DNA from: Microthyrium microscopicum
Taxonomy: Eukaryota
Direction of reading: 5' to 3'
Assembly: GCA_010405405.1 (NCBI GenBank)
Contig: MU004231.1
Span: 1,371,784-1,435,783, forward strand
Length of the DNA stretch: 64,000 nt
The stretch's first letter is position 1, and each line of letters starts with the position of its first letter. The position numbers and the translations under genes were made by a program. Positions 43,301-55,586 of this stretch are shown here, piece by piece. The notes beneath the pieces were generated by a model, which ran no database searches, was not told the DNA's origin, and worked only from the letters and a program-made list of their open reading frames with translations.

Positions 43301-46300
43301 AAGACTTTAATAAGTCCTTTAGTAAGTAGTTCTTAAATCTACTTTTCTTACTCTTTTAGTTATAGGCTAAATATTTAATAATAAGCTTAGTTATAAAGAG
43401 GAGCGTTCTTTATAAGGATTTTATAATTAAACTTAAAGTATAGTAAAAGTTTAGGAAGAGTATAATAAAAGGATCTATAATAATTATTTAAAAGTTTCTA
43501 TATATCTTTATCTTTTAGAGTAAGTTTATTAATATTAAGGTTATTAGTTATTAAGAAGATATTAGGCTATTCTTATATTCCTTAAATTAGCTAAAGAACG
43601 CCCTTAATTTTATTTTTTACTCTTTTTACCTTATTCTAAAGTACTTAAAAAATTATATAGAAAGAGCTAGCTATAAACTACTCTATTTATTCTAGGTAGC
43701 TCTTTTTATTCTAAAGAGGCTCTACTTAGTATTTTATAGTAAGCTTATAAGTATATAAGTCTTTTAAGTATTACTCTATAAGCTTAATTTGTTCTATTAT
43801 CTAATTAATTTATAGATTATATAACTAGAACTATAAGAGTTTAAAAATAATATTAAGATTAAAGATATCTAGGATATAAGCCTTAAAGTAGCTATAAAAG
43901 GTCTTAATATAATAAGGTAAGTAAATTCTAAAGGAAGTTATAACTATATAGCTATTTATAAAAGTAACTTCTTTCTTTAGAATAGATATTATAAAAGCTT
44001 TAAGTTTTTTAATAATCTTTTAATTAATATAAATAGAGTTAGCTCTTAAGTCTAAGAAAGCTACTATCTTAATAGAATAATTTTTATAATATAAATAAAT
44101 AAGTAAATATAAGAGAGTATTACTATATTTATTTATATAGTTAAGAAAAGCTTATTAATTATTATATAGATAAGTAGAGTATTCTAATTCTAAGCTAGAA
44201 GATTCTTATTTATCTTTTAATAATAGTAGTTTTTTAAACCTTATTATTACTAGTTAGGCTTTTTATAATTTATAGCATAGTAGCTAAGTTTACTATAATT
44301 TTAATATTTAAGTTTAAAATTATTTATAAGAGCTTTTCTACCTTTAGAGTCCTTTTTATAAGAAGATTATAACTTCTTATTAAAGTTAAATTTCTTAAAG
44401 TATTAAGTATTATATTATCCTCTAGAATAGTAACTATAGCTATTTATAGTATTAAGCTATCTTAAATTATTATTATCTAACTTAGGCTTATTATTAGTAT
44501 AGCTATTATTATTAACTTCCTTAAAATATTTCTTAGAATTAATATCTAGGGTAGGCTCTTTATCTTTTTTAAAACTAGAAAAGATTTTATTAAGCTATCC
44601 TAACTTATAAGTATTATAAGTATTATATACGTTTTTATAGAAGTCTATATTATATTTAATAATCTCTTATTTAAAGGCTAAAATATTAACTATAAGGTTA
44701 AGAATAGTACTATACTTATACTTAGTTTTAAAAGTAATCTATTTTTTAAAGCCTTCTTAAATTTAGATACCTAATTTATAATTAGTAGATATAAAATTTA
44801 TTTAAGTCTATAGAATATAAAGATAATAAATAAATTCCTTAGTAAATAAAACTTATAATATATAGTCTTACTAGATACTAATCTTAAGTATATCTTTTTT
44901 AATACTAAATATAGATTAAAAATAAGTAAAGAAGTAAGATAAACTTTTAAGTATTTTAAACTCCTCTATAACTTATTATTAGGCTAAATTAGCCTATAGA
45001 AGACGTTACTTAATAAAGAGATATTTTCTAACCTTAGTAATTTTCTACTACTTAAGTAGAGTAGAATCTAATAGAATAATATCCTTACTAGCCTTAAAAG
45101 TATAAAGAAGGCTCTTAGCCTAAGTATTATATTTACTTAGTTTCTTAGAGAATAAACTATTAGAAGGTATCTTAAACTTAGTTAAATATTATCTTTATTC
45201 CTAAGGAATATTTCTTATTATCTTAATAAGTTTTTAGAGGCTAAAAGTTTAGAAGAGTAATTTAATAGTTTTATCTAACTTCTTACTTAGCTTTCTTATA
45301 AAGTCTAAGTAAGTAATATTTATTTATAAAGTATCTTAAGTTAATACCTACATCTAAATATAAGCCTTAATTTTATTTACCTAGTAATCTTAAGTATATA
45401 GAGTAAACTTACTTATATTAAGATAAGAAGTTAATTTAGTAATATAATTTACTATTTTCTACTACTAAGTATATTAGACGTCCTTTATAGGTTTAGGGCT
45501 ATAATCTTATTTAATTTACCTATTAGTAGTAAAGTAAAATAGTATTCCTTAAGGAAGAGTAGGCCTATTTATAGACTACTAATTTCTATTATTATTACGT
45601 TAGAAAGTTTAGTTATAAGCTTAAAGAACGTAATTAGGTTCCTTAGAAGTATAATTCTAAGCCTAAGAAAGAGTTTATAGTTTAATAAAAGAATAGTTAA
45701 TAGTCTAGAGATTAACTTACTATATACTAATAAAATAGTTTAAAGCTTAGGACTCTAATTACTAAATATTAATAACCTAAGTTATAAGGTTAAGACTAGG
45801 ATTTAGTATATTAGAAAGATTATTTAGTAATATAGAAGTAAGTTACTTATTCTAAGAACTTAAGTTAGTAACCTAAGCTTAGTATTATACTTACTAGGTA
45901 TTTTATTTTATAGCTTAAGCTATAATATTATTATACTAGTTATTTATTTTAGTAAAGAGGAGTAATAGTTTTAATAAAGAGTATAATCTTAGTAAAGTAA
46001 AAAAAGAGTCTTAAGGTCTAGACGTTTCTATACTAAAGTTAATTAAATAGAATTTAAAGTTAAGAAATTATTCTAAGGTAGATTTTTATACTTTCTTAGT
46101 ATAGATAAAATCTTAATCTAATTTCCTAAGATAACCTAAGGCTAAGAGTCTATATTATTACTTATTAGCTTTAATTTATATAGTAAAGTTCTTATAACGT
46201 TATCTTAAGGAATTTTCTAAGGAAAAGTTCCTATATTTTATCTAATAGTTATATAATTAACGTAGCAAAGGTTAGTAAGGATAAGGAGAGTATTATTATA

Positions 46301-47851
46301 AAAGAAATAATTCTTATAATATATTTAATAATCCTTAAAGTAGTAGTTTAAATTAAAAATAATTTAAGACATTTTTTAGGATATATTATATATATATATA
46401 TAAATCTTGTTTATTATTTTTTAGCTATACTAATAGGCTATACAGACGTTACTCTTAATAAGTAAATAAAAACCCTTATTTAATTAGCTAATCTACCTAA
46501 ATCTAGCTAAGCTAGCTTACTCTAAGCCTAAGGCCTAGTCTAGCTTTAGCTAACCCCTATATATTTAGTAAACTAAGGCGCTAACTATATAAGAGAAAAC
46601 CCTACTATTATATTCTATATACTAATTTATACTAAGGCTAATAATATACTCTACTAAGCTTTATTAACCTCCTAAGCTATAGAAGCTTTAGTAGATTAAG
46701 AATAGCTAAATTCTAAGGAATATCTAGCCTATTAGCACTTCTTTAAGCATATTATTTATTATAGGGAAGTATATTCTTCTAATTAGTCTACTACTTTAAG
46801 TTTTTAAAGTTACTAATATTATTATCTCTAAGGGGCTAAGATTCTTTCCTTATTATTATATTAAATTCCTCTATTTATGCTATAATACTAAGTCTAAGAT
46901 AGCGCTAATAGTCTACTAAGAGCTATCTATTTACGCTATGCTTTACTTTTAAGCTAAGATCTAAGTCCTTTAGCTTAGTATATTTTAAGTTACTTTCCTT
47001 AAGTCTACTAGCTTATTTCTATAGCGCTATATTTGTACTAACCTAAGAGTACTATACTTACTAAGCTATAGTGTTTTAGATCCTATAATTTACTATTGTA
47101 TTATTTAGTTTAATCTTTACCTTAACTAATTATAGCTAGATTTTAGGCTTATTAAGCTAAGGCTACTCCTTTAATTTAATTACTAAGAGCTATAAAAAAA
47201 TTAGCTTTAGTATACTAAATTTACTACGCTTTAGTAATATTATAGCTTTATTTATATATAGCTTTACGTACTATATAGCTAGTAGCTAGTTTTTAATTAT
47301 ATAATTTTTAATGCTAGTCTATTATTATTAGTAAGGCTTTAATAAGAATAATCTTGTAACTATATATAGTAGTTACGTAATATAAAAATTTATACTTTTT
47401 ATAATATATTAAAAAGAGCTATAGCTTATTCTTTATACTTACTAAAAAGGGAAGGTAAACCTTTCCTAAAAAGGGGTAATTATAGCTTTAAAAGCAAGGA
47501 ATAATTACCTTTTTAGAGTAGTAAGGAAGATAGGAATTAAACCTATGCCCTATAGATTCTTAAGCAGGTAGGGCCTACTACAAGATTGTAAGTACTACTA
47601 CTATACTACTTCCCCTAGGATATATTATAGTAAGGAATATTATTATATATAAATCTTAAGAATCGTTTTCTAATATATAGTTACTAGGTATTAGGCTATA
47701 ATAAGGCTAGCTAATTAAGGAATAATATTCTTAGAGTATATTCTACTAGATGTTAATCCTAAGTAATTATTAATAATAAGGTAAATCTAGGGATTTCTAT
47801 AAGAGGTCTATTATTTAGAGGTTCTAATTAAATTAAATTATTACTACTAGA

Positions 47852-48003
47852 TATTATAAGAATATAAGAAATAAAGCGTAGTTAATTACTATAAGAGTCT
47901 AAGGGCCTAATATAGTTTTTAGGACACGCTAATTAGGGGATTATGTCATCCCTGATCAGGTCCTACGATTATCTAATCCCTTGGCATGTTCTTCATCACA
48001 ACA
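47852..48003. repeat. LTR (5' LTR relative to the minus-strand pol)
   Basis: Ends ...cccttggcatgttcttcatcacaaca, followed by ggatc (48004-48008), matching agatc (37156-37160). Confidence 0.93.
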
Positions 48004-48406
48004 GGATCCCGCCGTTATTCAGGTTCCATCAAAATGAGAAGCATTGCCCATGTCATTACCCATCATGTCCTGTTGATACGGCACTCTTCGTCGAGAATAT
48101 CTTGAGTTCTGATGCCTCATGGTAAAGCTGCTTTTGTAAGTTGCATCTCACGCGTTTTGAGTTTGTCTTGCGGTCAGCATATCGTATATCGTTCTGCATG
48201 CAATACCAGGCGACTTTTATGTCTCGCAGCTGAGAGGCAGTTACGGTTGTCTAAAACGTATGTATAGTTGTGGACGTCGCCACGAGATGAAGATTACCAA
48301 GGCGCCTTTTTCCATCCATTCCTTTTAGCTGGGGGTATTCGCAGTAAGCCACCTGAAAACACCAACTCCTAAAACCCTCAAGGAAAACAGCATATAAACG
48401 TACTTC

Positions 48407-51400
48407 TCATCTGCCATAGTGCCCGTGTAAAGACAAGTCGACACCTTTTTCGAATCGTGGATCAGTCTGGTAATCTAGTGTAGGTCGCTGGGGAATTGAA
48501 GATATAGGAAACGGCGATGGGTTTCTGGGAGTGAGTGCCTGAGCTGGCAATTCAGGAACACCGTTTTGGTTGTCGGCCCATTTGTTGATGGATCCCAGCA
48601 TCACCTTCCACATATTGCCGCCTACACGGACTCCTCGGTGCGTGAAGGTCTCGAAAGGTTCATTGTCCACGATGTCGAACGCAATCTTTTCGTACTTCTT
48701 CAAGTCATCCCAGCGGTCTAGTCGCACGTAGACTTTGGCATCATCGCCGAGTTGGACAAATTGAATGCCAAATTGTGTATCAGGCAGTCCAGCGGTGTGG
48801 AGTGCTGCGACTAAATCACGAATATAGTCTGTAATGTCATCGTTGCCTTCAGGTTGCCAGGCATTGCCGTCTGTCAGCACGTAGAGAATTGTCTTCTTCG
48901 GCTTTGTTCGAAACACGCGGCTAGTGGAATAGTCTTGAACTCGAGTACGATAGTCGTTCAAGAACTCTCCTATGGTCCCTCTCAAATTGGTGAATCGCTT
49001 GCCAGGAATGAGCGATGGGTTATTCCTTTCAATTTCGGTTACCAAAGCGGTAATGTGGGTGAAAGTTGTTCTCGATCTCCATGAAAATCTCTTTTGTCGA
49101 GAAGAGTCGATGGTAAACCGAAGATCTATGCCATCATCATCAAAGCCTTTGGGCATGTACCCAATGTTCTTGCCAAAAGTGATCACTTTATCCCAGTGGC
49201 TGGTCATAGTGTGAGAACTATCAATGAAAAATATCTAAGCAAGTGTTAGCCGACATAACTGATTGAACTGCGCCCCAGTCTGGTACTGACGAAATCGCGC
49301 TTGTCTAATTCAGGGTGCCATTGCTTGTCCAAACCAGTTCGTTCGTCCCTCCAGCCCTTTATTTCATCTATCGTCCAGAATGGCACAGGGGCTGCCTGGG
49401 CTGCCTGGGCTGCAGGCACAGAGTGGACGTCTGTTAAAGTTGCCTTTCTCGTGCAAGGTACCTTGTCCCTAGTATCAACTTGCTTTTCTGAGCATGATAG
49501 GCCTGGCTGGCCTGTAGGCTTGACTTGAGGGGATATTGGGACAGCTCTTGGCTCTCCATTGAAGGGAGAGGCGGGTGAGATCACAGGCCTCTTACTGAAG
49601 GATATGCTATGACGAAGCCCTTGGTGTGCTTGATCGTGAACTCCATAAGTGTTGTCAGCACTGCTACTTGCGGCTTGGGAGTAGTGTGTGTCTGTATCTG
49701 TGAATGCTGTGTTTATGGATGTTCCTGAGTTTCGACGTAGTTTTAACGACAGTCTGTTGTCGTTGCCATGATGGTCTAGACCTCCGGGACTAGCCGAGAG
49801 AATTGGGCTGGGTTCAGTCCCTTCTAGAGTTCTGAAAGGCGGTGAGTAAGGTATGAAGCTTCCAGTCGTTCTCACACCAGTCGGGTCACTAGCAACTCGG
49901 CCCTGCAGGGCGGGCTGACCATCTACAAGAGGATATGCTGGAGCGGGTAGGCTTTGTGTCATTCCGGCTTCTGCTTTGTCTAGAAATTTCTGAATCATTA
50001 TCCATGCCGGATGGTGGTAGAAACGCTCGTCGAAGTTACTAAGCATAAAGGGTATTATATCGTCCAACACTTTCCGGGTGATAACATCGTTCTTCTTCAG
50101 GTGGTTCTCTATCAGACATTGGTGATGGCGGTGAACGTACGGAAGGACATCCGTGCCATCGTGGAAGCTGTCTGGGTCACCAAACGCATGATCTTGGCGA
50201 CTTTGGATCCTTTGATTTTCATATGCTGTAATACCGGCTTGACCTTTAAGCACCCAGGTCGCAGCAAGCGACATAATGGCACCAAATGACCAGACATCGG
50301 CCTTTGGTGATATTCGAAGATCAGTCCGGAGGGCAATAGGAATCTCAGGATTGTAATGTTCAGGCGGACCTAAATTACCTGGTTAGCAGATATGTAAACA
50401 CAATGATTCTCAAAGGGCACATACCGAATGTTCGGCTTCCGTTAGGATAGGAGTTGCGAAGGTGATGACCATCACTGGACATTGCTTAAGCGCGACAAAG
50501 ACCTAGGTCTCCTAGTTTGGACGAGTAGCTATATGGATTGTGGCTTCTACCTTTGACGACCAGTATGTTGCGTGGGGTCACGTCTGAATGTACGCTACGT
50601 TTCTTAGTAACTGTCTGAGGTTTTACGTTCGGCCTACATGAGGACTTACCGATGAATTTCATTCCCATTTGTAGAGGGAATTGATCGATCTGTGTTGCTG
50701 ATCTTGTTGAGGGCGCGTGGTATCTGTAATAAACTTCTCCAGAATATGAAAACATCGGCATAGGTTTGAGGGGGTGTAGTGGTTCTGAAGTAATCTTCTA
50801 GAGTCCCTCCATCTGCGTATTCGAGAATGATGTTGAATGTCTGATCATGCTGAAAACTACCGTGATAGCGAATGATGTTGGGATCGACTCTGGTTTGGTT
50901 GTTTCTAAGGGCAATATGTGACTCGTTTTCCAAGCGGAAAGCATTTTGATCTTCTACCTTGAAAGACTTCAAGACATATAGATGAAGACTTTCAGCAGGC
51001 TGGTTGTCAAGCCGATCATAGGCAGGATGAATCTCGATAAGATATGTCGTTCCGAAGCCACCGCAACTCAGCTGCTTTACACAGCGGAATGGTAGGATGC
51101 GCCGAGCGTCAAACGTTAATTCGCGATGATAATCGATTTCGGGAGGACAGAACTTCCATTGCATATCCTGGAAATCGCGCCAAAATTGTGGGGGAAAGTG
51201 TTAAGGACATGATCCGTCGAAAGGTAGATTTGCATCCGCCAGGTTAGGATGTTTGAGAAAATGCTTAATCCAGCTACCCTTATTGATACAAAGCAAGATA
51301 GAAAAGATCTTGATAGAGCCAGCACTAATTTCCTTTAAAGCCACGGGGTCTTGATTATCGTTGTTACGGAATACTGCGTCGACAATTCTGCGAAGGTTAT

Positions 51401-51590
51401 GGGTTTCAAAGAAGGATCTGAGGGCATTGATTGGCACGTATAAAGCGTCTTGGTCAGCTACAGTTGACCACTCGTCTTGACTGGGTCGTATTCCTTGCTC
51501 CTGGTGACTGTCGATGAATTCTTGAAACTCATATAGGGCTTCGTGAAAGGGAGCTTCCTCACCAGGTGCGTACGAGTCCAAATCTTGCAT
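48407..51590 (-). pseudogene. Ser/Thr protein kinase - vWA-domain fusion (~1005 codons; exons 51590-50650, 50594-50425, 50369-49291, 49234-48407) with two in-frame TAA stops (51203-51201, 50488-50486)
   Basis: Kinase motifs GGFGTTY, YVLKSF, IILEYADGGTL, VHSDVTPRNILV, KLGDLGL, GSRTFGPPE and KADVWSFG. C-terminal vWA motifs IFFIDSSHTM, DDDGIDLRF, YVLTDG and FGIQFVQLGDD. The frame continues unchanged through both TAA codons. Confidence 0.85.
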
Positions 51591-52367
51591 CGTGAACTGA
51601 GAGAAACCGATGATTGTTCCTGGCAAATCGCGAAAGCCAGACAAGAAGACAGCTCTTGGATGACAGGTTAAGCGAAGATGGTAAGAGTAGAAGTAAAACA
51701 ATACTCTAACGTCCACGAAGTCGAAAGAACGGCATGTCAAGTAGGACGAGGACGCGGGAAAGATAATCCTTGCAAGGACAATAAACGTTGTATAAGGTAG
51801 GCTGGAAAAAAAGGTGAGGCGGATGGGAACTTGGGATGCAAACTAAGGAATCCCAACAAGGTCTGGGGCTGAAGCAATAGGCTTTCATACATACGTTGCG
51901 GGAAAGAACTTGGAAGATAGCTCAAGACCGACAAAATAGACCGATTGGCTTTCGCTCTTGGTGCTTGGTGCTCTGCCTTACCAGACACTGCCACTTCTTC
52001 AGAGGGCAGATTGATCAAGCTGCATAAGTGAGATAGCAAAAGGCGGCTCTATTCTGCAGGACTACCATTCAAAGGCACTCGATGTCCTCAAGTAGCTACT
52101 TTGTCATGTAGCGATTTCATCAGGCTGAGGCTGAGGCCGGGGCCGGAGGCCGGTCAGGCAGACTAAATGTATTGAGATATGTCTTCCGAAAGGTGTGGTG
52201 GGCTGAGCGACTAGGACAATATGCCTCGTTCATCAGAACCGCACGCAACCAAAAGCAACTATACTTGACAGATTCTAAATAGTCTAATGTACGTGGCGTT
52301 ATACCGAACAATGGAAAGATTTGAGCCGGAAATGTGAACTGAATCGCTGTAATATGGCGTATTCTTG

Positions 52368-54402
52368 CTATTGGCCAGACTGATTGTTCTGCCGACGCTG
52401 CTGTAGCCTCCTCTGTTCAATACAATGCGATACATATGACAGAGGAAAAGTTATAAACGTGATGGGAGCCGAGATTGCGAAGAACGTCCCTAAAGCCTGC
52501 CAGGTTCAAAGTAAGCCTTCAACCAAAAGAGTACTAAACACTTAAGTAGTAGAGAAGATGAAGAGGCAAAAACGCGTCACATACCTGAGGAACGAAAACC
52601 CTACGAGGTTTTCCAGAATCGGATGGCCATTGAACAATATCGGTACTCATTAGACTCTAGGAAGCGATTAGTCTTGTATCCTTGTTTCATGAGGAGAGAA
52701 TACTTACTGATATGAACGTGCTGGGTAGGAATAGAAGAGTAACTACAGTGATGATTCGCATGAAGATAGTTTCCTGTTCAGTTCTAAATGAAACATCTGA
52801 CATTTGCTGCGCCATGTATTTCATCTCGATGGCTGTTTTGTGGCTTTCAATCGCCGTTTTCTGAGCCTCTTTGCCTAGGAACAGGTTGAGAGTCATGTTA
52901 GTGTGCTCCACGACACAGAGCAAAAGCTCCTTACGTTCTTTTAACAGCTGATGCAAGGCAGTAGCTCTCGACTCTAGCATTGCAAGATCTGAGATGGCGT
53001 TATCAGAGTGCTCGGCGAATTCAGTGACTGCGTCCTCGCAGTCCTGTTTTAGCTTGTCGGGCAGGTCCTTTTTTTTTATCAGACTCTGATAGTACTTTGA
53101 GATTTTCTCCAGAATATGTTTGTTCATTCCTAGTACAAAAATGACTTCATTTACCTTCTCCACTAAGTGTTGAACCCTTTGTAGATCTTTCAATGAAAAC
53201 TTGGTGTTGAAATTGCTTTCAAAGTCTTTTGATTCGTGGAGAGATAGCAACGGTACTGCTTGATCAGTTGAGGGAAGAACTGGACGACTTGATCTGAGGC
53301 CGAATCCCGTTGAGCGGTGGGCTAGCCTTGAAAGCCGTCCAGTATCTTGCCGCTGAAGGGAAGAGAATGTCAAAGACCTCTGAAACTTTGAAAGTAAGAC
53401 CTCTCGATCGCTAGTTGGAGCCTCCATCTCGGCAACCGTAGCGTCCGACGTTGCTTCTTGAGTAATTTCTTCCAGATGCTCGAGGTACCTCCTCCAACCC
53501 TCGGTACACCACTCATGAATCACTTGGTGCTGCATCATAGACGCCTGAAAAGCAGACTCAACAGTGTCCAAATTTGTAAATTTGAAGCCCCTGTTTCCAC
53601 TGGCAGTCTCCTGTATGCGCTTTCTTAATAGGCTGTTCGCTTTGATTATGATCCAGACAGCTCGGCCAAATTTCACATCAAAGGAGTGATAGACGGCTGC
53701 TTGGCGTATGGACCATGGAGAGCCATGGGCTGTTTTCTTGAACTCAACAGATCGAAGATTATAACACATTTGTATTTGAAGTCCAGAACGACCCAACTCG
53801 GGGATTTGCTGCTGAGCTAGGAAATTACTGAGACTGTTCTCAGCTCTGAAGCTGCTGAAATGGGCATCTTTGGCATTTTCCTGATCCCCAAAAGGAAACA
53901 AATGGTCCAGATATACTGGCATAACCTGATGATGTGACAACACAGATGTGAACATATCTCGAGTGACACTCAGGGGATCTCGCGAAGACCGGGCTTGAAA
54001 GAATCTGTATTAAAGTTTAGTGTTGATGTGACATTCTGAGATGTGATGGTTATTGATGGCCACGTACACTGCTCGATACAAGGGATCGCACTGTTCTTGT
54101 GAATCAGATCGCCTAAGGCGTTGTTGGAGTTGAGTATCGTTTTCGACTTGCAAGAAGCCCAAGCCTAAATACTGCATTTAGCAACGAAACTCACAAGATA
54201 CCCAGCTTCAGAGCGTACTAGGACATCCTCTCTCAAGCTCAAGGAGCCCAACATTCAACTTTCCATCTTGATCAAATAATCGCTCCTCTTCCTTGTTAAG
54301 TCGTTCAAAGTTTTCTTTCAAAAGATAGTCGCTTTGCCGTGGCGACACAAGCTCGAGAGGGTACTTCTTAGCACATAAGAACGACCTAGTGAAACAGTCC
54401 AT
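52368..54402 (-). CDS. Fungal CorA-like domain protein with two C-terminal TM helices (592 aa; exons 54402-54219, 54164-54068, 54004-52708, 52656-52585, 52496-52368)
   Basis: Motifs DPLYRAVFF..SRDPLSVTRDMF..HQVMPVYLDHLFPFG, CYNLRSVE, WSIRQAAVYHSFD..GRAVWIIIKAN, a long helical stalk, then ETIFMRIITVVTLLFLPSTFIS-SLMSTDI and a second hydrophobic helix. GT..AG introns keep the frame (1779 nt). Confidence 0.82.
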
Positions 54403-55586
54403 CTGTCAACCAAATTGAATAAGTCAGCTTGCAGTACGTGTATCAAGCTCTTCATGTCGTACTATGGATAGCTCATTCTTCGAACACTTCCCAGATGGTA
54501 TGGAACTATTGATATATCTTGAGCTTTACGAGAGATAATCTGTGAAGAAGGCGGGCAGTGCTGGCTCTGCCTACCTAAATCAGTCCTGTCGCCGCTTGAC
54601 CGGTCCACTCAGATTAGCCTGCGACAACAGAAGCTGCGGATGAAAATTGAAGTCAAAATTCAATACACCTGAGTAAATTCGCCTCAATTACGAATCCCAG
54701 AGAGGAGGGGTTAGGAGCATGTCCAAAAGTGCCATTATAATACCTCACAACAACGTTGCAACCACCATATCCTACAGGTATGCTCTGCCCAAGTGGCATT
54801 TTCCAAGGAGCTTTAGGCTCTCAATGCGTGACATGCGAGGCGAATTAGGTATATACAGCCGACTTACGTGTAAATCAAGAAAAGCCGATTGTCTTCCCCC
54901 GTTGGCAAGGCGGACGCCCGCATCGTCCTCGCTGGATTTTCTATCAGGCTGAGCCCTTCGAAGGCAAATTTCACCTACCCAACGGTGGCCTTGCCACTTC
55001 CAAGGGCATGGGAAGCTTCTGTAATCGTGAAGGACGCTAAACAACGGCTTTTAGTCCAATCAGTTGATATTATCGAAGCCTTGAGGCTCAATTAGCTTCA
55101 AAAAATGGCTTCCAAGACATACGAAATATGTCAGTCAGCTACCAAGGCTGGACAGCTTTTCTCATACACTCAAGAGTGGACCAATTGTCGAGAATATGTC
55201 TTCCTATCTGTTAGTATTGCGTCTATTGGAGACTCTGTAGCGATGACTTGGCTTCCTGTAGCTGGAGAAGGAGACGCAATGCAAGCGGAGTTCAGACCAC
55301 TTTATAGGGCTCCGCGAGGTTTTCTCTAAGACTGCAGTCCGTTGGTCACAGTTTCTCAAGAAGTTGCTTTGGGTAGTATTGGCATTGGCGCCTAGACTAC
55401 AGTCAACGTCGTAGTTCCCCTCCACCTACACCAGAGTAGAGTAGATTTGGTTCGTCAGGCATCCTAGGTTGTAGTCGGCACGCTCGAACGCAAATCCAAC
55501 TGTGTGTGATGGAAGAACCCGCATGCCCATTATTCTTCCATGGCGAAGCTGCTTTTTCCACAGTTCCAAGCTCATCAGCTTCAAAA

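Larger units (their letters stand above)
37161..48003 (-). mobile_element. Full-length Ty3/Gypsy LTR retrotransposon, RIP-inactivated (10,843 bp)
   Basis: Direct 152-bp LTRs with outer termini TG..CA and flanking 5-mers AGATC/GGATC. Minus-strand RIP-decayed motifs occur in Gypsy order: protease 'AFLDSGA' (~44040-44070), RT 'YEFLVMPFGL' (~43020-43055) and 'YLDDI' (~42920-42950), integrase 'LTSDNG' (~41365-41385), 'PYNPQSNGKIERFN' (~41240-41300) and GPY/F 'WFGPYKVLEVHPLGTYAL' (~40780-40850). Confidence 0.92.

Noticed and set aside
47943..48125. 60-aa ORF
   Set aside because: Starts inside the LTR and runs into flanking DNA; chance ORF.
51168..51208. GT..CAG stretch that might splice out the first kinase stop codon
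   Set aside because: Only 41 nt with a poor donor (GTCCTT), and splicing would create an immediate TGA.
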